Below are positions 40,042-53,864 of a DNA stretch of 64,000 nucleotides, one piece after another (position 1 is the first letter of the stretch; every line of letters begins with the position of its first letter). The position numbers were made by a program, and so were the translations under genes. The notes under the pieces were generated by a model. It worked only from the letters and a program-made list of their open reading frames with translations. It made no database searches and was not told the DNA's origin. This stretch comes from Eledone cirrhosa (Eukaryota): contig OZ024746.1 of assembly GCA_964016885.1 (NCBI GenBank), forward strand, positions 26,040,001 to 26,104,000, given 5' to 3'.

Positions 40042-40366
40042 CATATATACACATATACATATATATATATATACATATATACACATATACATATATACAT
40101 ATATACACATATACATATATATATATATACATATATACACATATACATATATATATACATATATACACATATATATATATACATATATACACATATACAT
40201 ATATATATATATACATATATACACATATACATATATATATACACATATACACATATATATATACACATATACACATATACATATATATATATACACATAT
40301 ACATATATATATATACACATATACATATATATACATACATACATATACACATATACATATATATAC

Positions 40367-40407
<41 letters not shown>

Positions 40408-40422
40408 CATACATACATATAC

Positions 40423-40453
<31 letters not shown>

Positions 40454-40752
40454 CATATATATATACATATATATATACATATATACATATATATATACAT
40501 ATATATATACATATATATATACATATATATATACATATATACATATATATATACATATATATATACATATATATATACATATATATATACATATATATAT
40601 ACATATATATATACATATATACATATATATATACATATATATATACATATATATATACATATATATATACATATATACATACATATATACATATACATAT
40701 ATACATATACATATATACATATATACATATATATATATATATACATATATAC

Positions 40753-40835
<83 letters not shown>

Positions 40836-40871
40836 CATATATATATACGTATATATATGTATATATATATG

Positions 40872-40987
<116 letters not shown>

Positions 40988-40999
40988 TGTATATATATG

Positions 41000-41098
<99 letters not shown>

Positions 41099-41099
41099 G

Positions 41100-41201
<102 letters not shown>

Positions 41202-41251
41202 CATATATATGTATATATATGTATATATATACATATATATGTATATATATG

Positions 41252-41348
<97 letters not shown>

Positions 41349-41377
41349 GTATATATATATATGTATATATATATATG

Positions 41378-41409
<32 letters not shown>

Positions 41410-41415
41410 TGTATA

Positions 41416-41456
<41 letters not shown>

Positions 41457-41529
41457 GTATATATATATATATACATATGTATATATATATATATATGTAT
41501 ATATGTATATATATATATGTATATATATG

Positions 41530-41568
<39 letters not shown>

Positions 41569-41595
41569 GTATATGTATATATATGTATATACATG

Positions 41596-41627
<32 letters not shown>

Positions 41628-41675
41628 CACATATATATACATATATACACACATATATACATATATATATATATA

Positions 41676-41707
<32 letters not shown>

Positions 41708-42003
41708 CATACATATATATATATACATATATATACATATATATACATATATATATACATACATATACATATAAATACACATACATATACATATAAATAC
41801 ATATATATATACATACATATACATATATATATACATACATATATATATATACATATATATATATACATATATATATACATACATATATATATACATACAT
41901 ATATATATATACATATATATATACATACATATATATATATACATATATATATACATACATATATATATATACATATATATATATACATATATATATACAC
42001 ATA

Positions 42004-42041
<38 letters not shown>

Positions 42042-42123
42042 CACACATATATATACACATATATATATACACATATATATATATACATACATATATATAT
42101 ACATACATATATATATACATACA

Positions 42124-42163
<40 letters not shown>

Positions 42164-42265
42164 CATATATATATACATATATATATATACATATATATAT
42201 ACATATATATATATACATATATATACATACATATATATATAGATACATATATATATATACATACA

Positions 42266-42319
<54 letters not shown>

Positions 42320-42353
42320 CATACATATATACATATATATATACATATATATA

Positions 42354-42546
42354 CTTGTCTAACCCATGCTAGCGTGGAAAATGGACGTTAAACGAAGATG
42401 ATGATGATGATACATATATATATATATATATATATACCAGAAGGAGGGCATCCAGCTGTAGAAATCAGGCCAGAATCAGTTCCCGTCCCACCCTTGCAAG
42501 CAGGGAAAAAGCGAACGTAAAATGAAATGATGATGATGATGATGAT
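42354..42546 (+). mobile_element. Two adjacent RTE-tail fragments (family 2 tail 42354-42411; family B tail 42437-42546)
   Basis: CCCATGCTAGCGTGGAAAATGGACG(GAT)n and CCCTTGCAAGCAGGGAAAAAGCGAACG(GAT)n. Confidence 0.8.
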
Positions 42547-42568
42547 ACATATATCTATATATACATAT

Positions 42569-42683
42569 ATAGGAAAAAGTATGACCCCCGACGGCAGAGC
42601 TCTAGCCGTTTCGACGGCTATTTCCAGAAATAGCCATCGAAACGGCTAGAGCTCTGCCGTCGGGGGGTCATACTTTTTCCTAT
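42569..42683. repeat. 115-bp near-perfect palindrome
   Basis: Arms 42569-42624 and 42627-42683, 2-nt loop, one mismatch and one 1-nt indel. Confidence 0.95.
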
Positions 42684-42820
42684 TTCCCACTCTACTACCC
42701 TAAGTATTCAGTACTCTGGTGCATTATGGTCCATCTGGTTCCTTACCACAATTCCTTTGTTATTTAGCTCCTATATATACATATATATATATATACATAT
42801 ATATACATACATATATACAT

Positions 42821-43433
42821 GGTGGCTGCCAACTCGTTTTCGAGTACGGCCACTACTTTATATCCATGTAGGAGAACCCCTACCGATACGCTGAACGAGT
42901 GTGACTTTTTAGTCCAGCCAGCGACTTGAAAACTCTGGTACAAACACTACACCTGTGACAATTATTGACACATAGCGCTGGGCCCATGGTACCACGTAAT
43001 GACAAGTGCAGAGAGATCTCCAGATACAAAGCAATGCCTGTGCCGTGAAGCTTTTATAGTGAGCAAAGGCACTGCACAAAGCCAGTCCCACTCTCTTAAC
43101 CAAGTTGATATTTACCAAAAAGAAGAACAAGTCAACATCATTGGATACCATCAGGGTTGCAGGTGTTATATCAGAGTTTTCCTTCTCCTAGAATTCTGCC
43201 TTGACAAAGGCTAAGGGGTCATCTCTCCCGGTGATTTTGGATGGCCATTGACTCTTAAGAGCTCCTTTGCCCTTTGACAGGTTTTGTTTTTAGTCCTGCA
43301 GGATGTCCAAAGTCACCCTCCTCACCAAGAAACCTTAGTGGGGTTGCCAGTTTAGTCGCCAACAACCCGACCATGAGACAGGTTGTACTGGGATACATGT
43401 TACCAGTAGCACCAAGTGGTGACCTGACCTGAC
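42821..43433 (-). mobile_element. Family Z copy 3, full length
   Basis: Matches 27755-28355 end to end. Confidence 0.85.
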
Positions 43434-43921
43434 ATATATACATACATACATATATATATACATATATACATACATACATATATATATACATATATACATA
43501 CATACATATATACATACATACATATATACATACATACATATATATATATATACATATATACATACATACATATATATATATACATATATACATACATATA
43601 TATATATACATATATATATACATACATACATATATATATATACATATATATATACATACATACATATATATATATACATATATATATACATACATATATA
43701 TATATATACATATATATATACATACATACATATATATATATATACATATATATATACATATATACATACATACATATATATATATACATATATACATACA
43801 TACATACATATATATATACATATATATATACATATATACATATATATATACATATATATATACATATATACATACATATATACATACATATATATATACA
43901 TATATGTATATATACATATAT

Positions 43922-44211
43922 TAATTCTCAGACCGGGTGATGTGTTGTTTCCTTGAGCAAGACACTTTATTTCACATTGCTCCAGTTTACTCAGCTGTAG
44001 AAATGACAAGATAGGGACTGGGGTCCATATCATTCCACTGCAAAGTGGTCGTGGAGGTGCAACGGCAAAAAAGCACCCAGCACTCACTGTAAATGAGGTT
44101 GGTGTTAGGAAGGGCATCCAGCTGTAGAAATCAAGCCAGAATCAGTTCCCGTCCCACCCTTGCAAGCAGGGAAAACCAGACGTAAAATGATGATGATGAT
44201 GATGATGATGA
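43922..44211 (+). mobile_element. SINE family B, 5'-truncated
   Basis: Similarity to 19436-19716. Confidence 0.88.
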
Positions 44212-44639
44212 TATAGACACTCTCACACACACACACACACACACACATGTACATGTTGCAGGCTTCCATACAGTTTCCATCTCTCAAATTTCACTCGTAA
44301 ATCATTGATCAACCCAAGGCTATGGAAGGTATCACATAGAAATATTGAACCAGAAACCACATGGTTGTCAAGTGAAATCTTTAACCACGCAGCCATGGCG
44401 GTACTTATAGAATGCATTTCTGTAAAATGTACCAATGGAAGAATTTAAGAAAAAAATCATGAAAATTTGCTGAACTAAAACTATATGATGGAACCATCAC
44501 CTTACTGTCAACAAATATTTAATAACAGATGAGTGTGTTTGTGGACTTTTGTGTGTGTGTGTAAGTGTGTGCTCATGTATATTGGACTTCTGTGTGTGCT
44601 GGTCCTTTGTATGTGTGTGTCAGACATCTGTTCCAACGG

Positions 44640-45056
44640 TGAGTGTTCCAGTTGTTTGAAGATTGGAATAACCAGCTCGTGAAATTTATGTGCAAGTGGC
44701 TGAGCATTCCACTGGTGTGCTTACTCTTAATGTATTTCTCAGGGAGATCCAGAATGATACAGTGATAAGGTGTCCCTTTGAATTACAGGTATAGTCTATG
44801 TTGTATTACAGTATAAGTAGCTTAGCATTCCCAGAAATGTGTAGCCTTAACATAGTTCTCAGGGAGATTCAGCATGACACACCGTGTGACAAGGCCGGCT
44901 CTTTCAAATACAGGTACAACAATTTTTTTTCCCATCTGAGTGAACTGGAAAAATGTGAAATAAAGTGTTTTGTTCAAGGAAACAATACCTCACTTGGAAT
45001 TGAACTTATGAAGATAAGATCATGAACCAAACATCTTAACCACTAAGCTGCATGCC
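44640..45056 (-). mobile_element. CORE-type SINE with another tail type; related copies ~47300-47580 (+), 49805-50010 (-), 62040-62200 (-)
   Basis: GTGCAAGTGGCTGAGCATTCCAC..CAGGGAGATTCAG tail joined to the GTGAAATAAAGTG..CTTAACCACTAAGC head. Confidence 0.65.
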
Positions 45057-47013
45057 TTGTTTAAATAACAGGCACAGTCTTTCTACTTTTTGTTAGCACT
45101 GAAATAATGCTGATGTACAGAGTAGCCCGAGACAAATTTAGATAGAGACTTGGAAAATATTTTATCTAACCCTTTCTTTATAATGAAATGCACTACCTAT
45201 AATTTTCAAATATTTTTTAAATAATCCAAAATTATGACAGAAAATGTTTTAAATAAATATAAACATTTTAAAACAGTTGCATATAATAGAACTGGGGCCC
45301 ATTGTAAGCAGTTTATTATTAAAAAGTTTAACCCTTTTGAGACCATATTTCAAATACACTGTATTTATTTCAACAAATTAATGAAGAATTCAGCGGAATA
45401 TACTAGAATTATTACTTCATTATTAAGATGGCATTCCTAACAGAAAAGATTCTGATACAAAATTACTTTGGAAGATTTCAATTTAAAGAGGAACAATTTA
45501 AAATAGATGATTTGGGGTGGGTGGGTTGATATCAGAAGTAAAACTATTGTTTAATATTAAGATGGTATTTAACAAAAAAGTTGATACATAAAATGTATGC
45601 TGAAAGATTTGAATTTAAATAAGAACCCTTTAAATGGGTGGTTTTGTTTTATAGAACCAGAAGTGGCTTAGAGTGGGTTGGTATAAGGAGGATAAATAAA
45701 TTGTAGAGGAGTTTGGAAGATAAGTTGACAGAATAATTACACATATTTGAATAAAGTAAATATTGATGTAGTAATAGTTGTTGTTACAGCTCACACTTAT
45801 GTAGGTTTAGCTGACTTCCTATGAGGTTATATCTCACTGAAGGTTTCATGTGTTTTAATCATGTCTTACATATAGAATAAAAGTAGAGGTATATTATTTC
45901 TCAGGATAATATACGTGTACAAGGTAAAGGAATAATTAGATTTTTAAAAATGATACATCATATACACAGTGATGGAAATAAGCCCCTTCCCTCTGGAAAC
46001 TAAAAAGTTAGGGAACACCATTTCTCTGCTATTTCTGTAAGTGATAATACATGAAATAAGGGGACAGATTTATGCTCTATTATCTCCAAAACTGTTACCA
46101 CTCTACACCAATTGAAAGAGCAATATACTACGTGGTATTATTTAGTTACATTAATACATGTGATTTACACAAATCTATTTAAGCATGAAGACATGTAGGT
46201 GTATTAACATGTAGGTGTGAAGACATGTAGTGTACAGACATGTAGGTGTACGAATGGTAACATTTGAAATATGTGCTCCTCAACGCAAATGACCACAATA
46301 ATAGTTGATTACTATGAATAGTTTGAAAAAAAAAACAATTAAAATATCCTTGGTGATAGAAAAAAAGTTGACAGGCTTCTGTCAACCTTTCTCCATCTCT
46401 AAAGACACTTTACCCAATTTAATTAACTATTATTATAGTCATTTACGTTAGGACACACATATTTCAGGAGAATAGATATATGTAGAACCTGTAAAAACAT
46501 GTGGATTTAATAACATATATAATATATATCATACTAAACTGAACTGAATATATATATACGTATATATATACATACACACATTTTCAACCTTTCTGTATTT
46601 CAGTCGTTTTTCTAGGTGTCACACTTTTTAACTGTTATTTACTCATGTATTAACATGACTGCTCTATTGAGTTCTTTGTGATTGCCCCAAACAACTTGAG
46701 TAGTACCTGCTATATGGCAGCTACAACTTCGATTCATATCCAATATAATTATATATATATATATATAATAAACAAATGAGATAACCATCATTCTTTCTAC
46801 AAACACTTTTTTTTTTTAAAATAAAAGCTATAATATCTTTTATATGAACTAGTTTCATAACATTGTGTGCTGTAAATTTCCATATATATATATAAAACTA
46901 TTTATTTCATTTGATATTATTCTAAAATAAGATCAGTATCTATTCCTTATCTTCGGTATTCTAAAATATAATTGGTGTCTATTAATCTGTTTAAGAACTT
47001 TTTTATGGTAAAG

Positions 47014-47237
47014 ATTTCACATTTAGTGACAGTACTGGATCACACATTCCACATTTAGTGACAGTACTGGATCACACATTCCATGTTTTGTGACAGTCTT
47101 GGATCACACATTCCATGTTTTGTGACAGTCTTGGATCATAGAATCCACATCTTGTGAAAGTTTTGGGTCATAGATTCCACGTTTTGTGACAGTCTTGGAT
47201 CACAAATTACACATTTAGTCAAAGTTCTGGATCACAG
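47014..47237. repeat. 32-bp minisatellite, about 7 units
   Basis: TTCCACATTTAGTGACAGTACTGGATCACACA and variants, with no spacers. Confidence 0.9.
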
Positions 47238-47684
47238 AAAATAAATTGTAAAGAGAAGAATATTTTAATATAAAATATTTTAATTTTATGATATTGTGAA
47301 GTTGTGTAGCTTAGTGATTAGGGTGTTAAGTTCACATTCGTAAGGTCATGAATTTGATTCCAAACAGCATGTTGTGCCCTTAAGCAAAACACTTTACTTC
47401 ACATTGCTCACGTCCCTTCAGATGGAAAAAGAAAATGAGTTATGCCAGTAATTCAAAGGGCTAGCCATGCCATTAAGTGTACAAATGTATGTAGAATGCT
47501 CAGCCACTTACATTTTAATTTAACAAGAAGGCCGTCCCATTGGTAAAAAAAACTGGCACACTTATTGTCGGAACCAACAGAAGTCCAACACACACACATT
47601 ATAATATTCCAACTAATAACAGTTTATTTTTAGCCAAAAATGTTAAGTAAAACTACATCATCATCATCATCTGTTAACTTTTTC

Positions 47685-47980
47685 CATACCAAAAACATGC
47701 TGGTACCTTTGTACATCCCCCATCTTGTGTACTAAAGATATGTTGGTACCTTTTGTTTTACTTCCCACCTCCTATCTACTAAAAATGTGTTGGTACCTTT
47801 TGTTTTACTTTTCAACTCTTGTGTACTAAAAACATGTTGGTACCTTTTTACATCCCACCTCTTGTGTACTAAAAATATGTTGGTATCTTTTTTTACCTCA
47901 CACATCTTGTGTACTAAAAACATGTTAGTACCTTTTTTACTTCCCACCTCTTGAGTACCAAAGATGTACTGGTACCCTTT
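47685..47980. repeat. ~42-47-bp minisatellite, about 7 units, possibly within a TTAA-flanked MITE (47678-48151)
   Basis: TACTAAAAACATGTTGGTACCTTTTTACATCCCACCTCTTGTG units. Confidence 0.85.
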
Positions 47981-48164
47981 TAGTTTAGTTTGTGAAGAAC
48001 AGGTCCTGATAAAGTAAATAAATAAAGCAAGTTTGGTATAAAAAAAATCTCATATTTTATTTTTAACACATTTTTGGAAAAATTCCAAAACAAACATATA
48101 ATCTTGGCCTGGGGCAGTAAATTACCAAAATACGGTACTGGCACTCAAAGAGTTAAAGTCACAA

Positions 48165-48195
<31 letters not shown>

Positions 48196-48416
48196 GCTTA
48201 AATGAGTAAAGCAAAATACCAGTTATAAGATGAATGTAATTAATAGCTGTAACTAATTACGAGTAGTTAAAATAAAGAATTTAATAAATGTAAATATAAC
48301 AGGAAAGTTATACGTAACAGTTACATCTATAACAATTATTTATAAATGAAAGGTGAGCATTATAAGCAAATATAAAAAGACCCAAAGGTAAAAGTATAAG
48401 AACGAGGTTTACTTAC

Positions 48417-49050
48417 TCAGAATTCTAAGACCATTTTTTGTAAATATAAATTCTATACAGGTTTCAGTAAGAGGTATAAACATAGAGTTGAATACATGAT
48501 AACACTACTGAATCTGATTCTGCAATCATATGGTTGGAAGACTGAATGTATGACTGAATAGAAGAATATTTCGGTAAAAAGCAAGTGTTGATCGGTGGTG
48601 ATACAGCTGTATTCATCTAATGTAATGCCGTGCTAATAACAATAACATTAAATAGTAAACCGGCCGATTTCATAGAAATGTGACAGTAATTGCGACAATA
48701 CTAAGATGAGATGAAGGAATATTGTGTTCAATGTATGGTACTACGGAGATGTATAGTGAGAATAATGAGGAGATGTTGTTACTTTCAGCAGCACCAGTCC
48801 AACTGTAGCAGTGCCAATAGAATGGTGTTGTTGATGACACAACCAACACATCGCAGTAGCAGCAATGATCACCACCACAACTGCAACTAAAGCAAGTTGG
48901 ATGCAGCAGCAGTAGCAGCAGTTATGTTATAGTAGTAACAGTAACAACAACAGTAATAGTGGTGGTGGTTGTGGTGGTGGTGGTAGGAGTGGTGGCAGTA
49001 GTAGTGGTACCAATCCAATCATGAGCTGCACAAGAGAAGAAAACAGCTGG
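48417..49050 (-). other. Candidate 5' exon of a host gene; 5' boundary unknown
   Basis: Unique sequence with short trinucleotide tracts, ending in GA|GTAAGT; short ATG frame MFIPLTETCIEFIFTKNGLRIL in phase 1; (CT)n tract upstream at ~49397-49480. Confidence 0.25.
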
Positions 49051-49122
49051 ATGGATATATATGTGCGTTTATACTATACCATATAGCTATACATGTGTGT
49101 GTGTGTGTGTGTGAGTGTGTAT

Positions 49123-49161
<39 letters not shown>

Positions 49162-49360
49162 ATAATAATTTACTTACATACAGATACATACATGTGTGTG
49201 TGTGTGTATGTAGATGGTGCAGTTTAGCTGTGCATGTGTGGTCAGTATAACAGTGTAGAGGTGGAGGGAAATCTAAGAGTGTTAGAGCAGTCATGGAAGC
49301 AGTATGTTGAGGATTTCTTTTCTCTTACTTGCAAGTTGTAACAGGACTGGAGTGGTGGAG

Positions 49361-49449
<89 letters not shown>

Positions 49450-50129
49450 AGAGAAGAAAGAGAAAGATGAGAGAGAGACTAAATAACACTTCCCTGCCAC
49501 TTTACTCTAGATATAAGGGTTACTGGGCAGGGGACGGCTGCTAGTAAACTATGCCAAACAATCAACGACTCTTTAAAGAACACCTGGGAAATACCTGTAC
49601 TGGAATAATTGGCCTTCTCATTTAGTTTAGATTTCAAATAATCAAAGAGGATGGTTTTTAGTTGATATTATATCAAAGAAAATAAGTTGACCAAGAAACT
49701 CTAATTAATTATGGTGACACACTAATTATGGTGGTACAATAAATCAACTAGGGAGATGTATGTGAGTGTGAATGTGTGTGTGTATGTGTGTGTGTTGAAT
49801 CACCATCAGGTTCCAATGACAATTGTTCCAGTTGTTCAAACAATGGAACTGCCTGCTCATGAAATTAATGTGCAAGTGGCTAAGCATTCCACAGACATGT
49901 ATATCCTAAGCATAGTTATCAGGGAGATTCAGTGTGTGACAAAGCTGGCCCTTGGAATTTACAAGTACAACTCATTTTTTCTCGCCAAGTGAACTGGAAC
50001 AATGTGAAATATCGTGCAGCTAGTTGTTGAGGGTGGCTGTTAAAAAAAGTATCTGGCAGTCAGCAATTACAACAGATCTTTCTCACACATAGAATGGTGT
50101 TAGTGTTAAGACGTGTCCTGTTTTTGATG

Positions 50130-50410
50130 TCAAGCAAGCTCTGGCCATCAGCAATAACCACTGATCTCTGTCATACACAGAAAGGTCACAGTTTTGAGAC
50201 CTGTCCAGTATTTGATGTTGACAGAACAAAATTTTCTTTGTCAGTCTTTTCATCACCCTTTTTCAACTGTGCCCTGGAGAATGCTTTTAGGACAGGACTT
50301 CACAAGGAAATATATTTCTGTGCCAGGCAAGATTTTGTCCTTTCACTGTTACATGGAGTGATTCCTGTCTGCCAGTATATTTGGTGACTTGTTGCCTGAC
50401 AAAGCTGTTT
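50130..50410 (-). mobile_element. Fossil RTE-clade LINE 3' coding fragment
   Basis: Minus strand NSFVRQQVTKYTGRQESL..TVK..NLAW..KSILQGTVE..NIKYWTGL. Confidence 0.65.
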
Positions 50411-51956
50411 CTTACATATCATATATGTTATATTCAATACAATTCTATCACCTTCATTACAAAGTACAGAAGCTAAACAACACTAATATTTATGCTTTAC
50501 TCTATAATTTTATTTCTAATTAGTTTGTCAAGTATTTCATAAGAACTAACACTACCCACTTTGTATTTTACCTTGGCTGTCAAGTTTATAGGTAATTAAA
50601 ATATTGAATTATAGATAATTAAAATATTGAAGTCAGTCATATATCATAAGACAGATGACATAAATCTGTGTAGGAAATTAACTTTCTTAATGAATATTTC
50701 AGTAAAAATAAAGAACTAAATTTTTAAGAATGCAGGTTATGTAAACTATATATATATATATGACTGATTCGAAGGGACTGTCCTGTGTTTCATCTGGTTT
50801 TCCATTGTCTTCGCCCACCTTTTTATTAATTTATTATATATATATATATAAGCAGAATGTCAGTGTACAAAGACAATTTCTCTTGTACATCGATTTCTGC
50901 CTGCTAACACCTCAATACTTAAAGCAGTAAAATTTCTCAAGCATACATATATATAGGGTGTCTCCAAAAAAATGTATACCCACTTCAACAGCATTCTAAT
51001 AAATATGTGTGTGTGTATATATATTGTATGAGACATCTAGACAAACTTTTGTGTTAGAGGGAGGGGAGGCAATCGCTTGCTAAGGACATGCTGCAGCACC
51101 CAATTATGTAATCTCTACAGATAGTACATAACTACAGTGAACAACAGTTGTAGTTGTAACTGTTATGAGCAGACTGTAGCACAGAAGCTATCGATAGTCA
51201 GGGTTTATATGATATACAAATATCATTACCCACATGTTGCTGTTTACTTACTAATAATTCAAGTGTGTGCATTCGGAATTATAAACTGATGATAACACTG
51301 GTCAATACACATTTTGCTGACTTAGGTTTTGTTGTTGTTTTTAGCTAATTTTGAGGTGCTGATTTCAAATATGGTATCCATTTCCCCCTAACACATCCAG
51401 TTTTCATGTTTGTCTTTCACTTGACTATCCCATAAACACAGGAAACACGGATATTTTGTATACCTTCCTTGTTGGCCAAGTGAAAACTTGACATAATAGA
51501 AAAAAGTATTGTCATTTTAAAACTTTATAACAGGTCTCAAACTTTGGTCAGCAGAAAAGAAAGCAAAATTTCGTTGGCCAGTGTGTTATCTCTTGTAGCT
51601 ATAGGTGGAGCCAATATGGACCAGCTCATAGATAAAAAAAACATGACTTGATAGTAAAAAGTATTGTCATTTTTAAACTCAGCCGTTCCAAATGGGTCTC
51701 AAATTTAGGTCAGCAGATTAAAAGCAAAATTTTGTTGACCAGTGTTATATATATATATATCAAGTTGATGAGTAATACAAGTGGTACCTCTTTCAGCACC
51801 CAGTGCTTTTGCGTGAATTTGATATTTAGTATTTAAAGTGGGGATTAATACCAACATCCTCTTGTTATTGGAATAAGATGCAGAGAGTTCGTATTAAGAA
51901 AGAGGGATTGAAGCTTCAAATCAACTTGAAACTTTGATCTCTCTTAATAGATATAT

Positions 51957-52282
51957 GATTGGCAGTATCGGTAAAGTGTTGAACAACATGCTTAGTGGCA
52001 TAGAGTTATGGTCCTTTACGTTCTGAGTTCAAATCCTGCCAAATTGTTGGCCTTGTACCTAAATCAGAAACCATTATTATTATTATATTAGGGCGGTGGA
52101 TTGGCAGTATCAGTAGAGGGTCGGACGCCATGCTTTCTAGCATAGTTACGTCCCTTTACGATCTTAGTTCAAATCCCGCCGAGGTTGACTTTGCCTTTCA
52201 TCCTTACGGGGTCAATAAAATAAAGTACCAGTAATGCACTGGTTAATTGCTGGCCTTGTGCCTAAAGTAGAAACAATTATTA
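51957..52282 (+). mobile_element. Two tandem family A SINEs (second full-length, 52090-52282)
   Basis: Near identity to 8455-8638. Confidence 0.88.
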
Positions 52283-53864
52283 TTATTTGATTAAAATCTA
52301 CATAGAATCTTGACTTGATGTTGACAAAAATAATTTTTTTATGACTTTTGCCTGTCTAGAAAAAAATTGTGATGCACATATTTTATAAAATACTTGACTG
52401 CTATTTCTAGCATTTCATCAGGTTGTCAGGTTGTGTGATTTAGTAAATGCACCCCACTTCACCTTCCAAAATTTGCTTCCTCATAACTTTCTTAATAATG
52501 CATAACTTTAATGAAATTTTACAGAGATATCTTTTCAAAGAAGTATGTTACATTGATGAAATAAAATTTATTGAGTAATAAATCACAGTAGTGGATAAAA
52601 CAGAGTCGAGCTGTTTAAATTCTTCAAAGTTATCAGATTTTAGTTGAATATAGATAAATATCTGTGTATGATATTGTTTATAAGATTACCATGCATCAAG
52701 GTTTGGCCGGGAATGTCCAGCTTTGGACATGAAAAGTATGGCAAGCCTACGTATGCATATGTATGTGTGTATATATATATAAACCAAGACACTTTCAAAT
52801 CAGGCCATTCTAGGCCCAACCAAGATGTGTCGTAATCTCATATATAACCCCTCCCCCCCTCTCTTTCATATATATATATATATATATGTTAAAAAACACA
52901 CATATATATATATATACATATTTCAATGGCCCATTATCATCATCTGAATATGATGCAAGACCCAGGGGATTCCATCAGGCGATAATTGTAGAATTAGATA
53001 TATGAGAGAACAGGATTTTGGTGAACACAAACAGGGAACAGATAATATGAAATAGAGGACCAATTTTAATTCAGGGATGGCCTGCTAATTTCATGTTATT
53101 GTAATGCCAGGTCATCCCCAAATCATATATATATATAATGTGGGGAGTGTCATGATAGAATGAACCTAATCCAACATGGGAAGTGGTAGTACTAGTGACA
53201 GGAAAACATGCTCCTACTCCATGCTGTAAAGTGGTTGGCATTTGGAAGAGCATTCAACCATAGTAAATCAAGCCCAAAACATAACATATGAGCAGGATAT
53301 GGTCACCTGACCTATTGAACTTTATAACATGACAGCCTGTCTAACCCATACTAACATGGAAAATGGACGTTAAAGATATATATATATATAAACACAGGCT
53401 GAAGCATAAATATAGTATACCCCACTTTCACCTCCACCCCACTCTTCCATACGCCTCCCATGAACACAGGCTCAAGCACACATCTAGTGTGCTCCACCCC
53501 ATCCTTTTACACTTACCTCCTATGTCCTAACAATCTGCGCCCCACATGCCCAAATCAGTTCTGTATAAGCAAGGCATGGTCACCTAACCTGTCATTTCTC
53601 ACAACAGGAGAACACATCTAATCCATGGTAGCGTGGAAAAATGGACGTTAAAAGGTGATGATGATGGTAATATATATATATATTTATATGTAGTAAATAT
53701 CCGTAGGTGTGAAAAAGGAATAAAGAAAACGGTGCTGATATATTATTTTTTATGTTCAAACTTGTCTAAGCACCTGAAGATTAGATTTGGAGATATGGTC
53801 AATATTGGGCGTTGAAACCTTAGAGCTTTTGTTCCATATATGAATATGAATAATATATTATCAT

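Noticed and set aside
47014-47237. 32-bp repeats as a CRISPR array
   Set aside because: Units are contiguous with no unique spacers, there are no cas genes, and the context is eukaryotic
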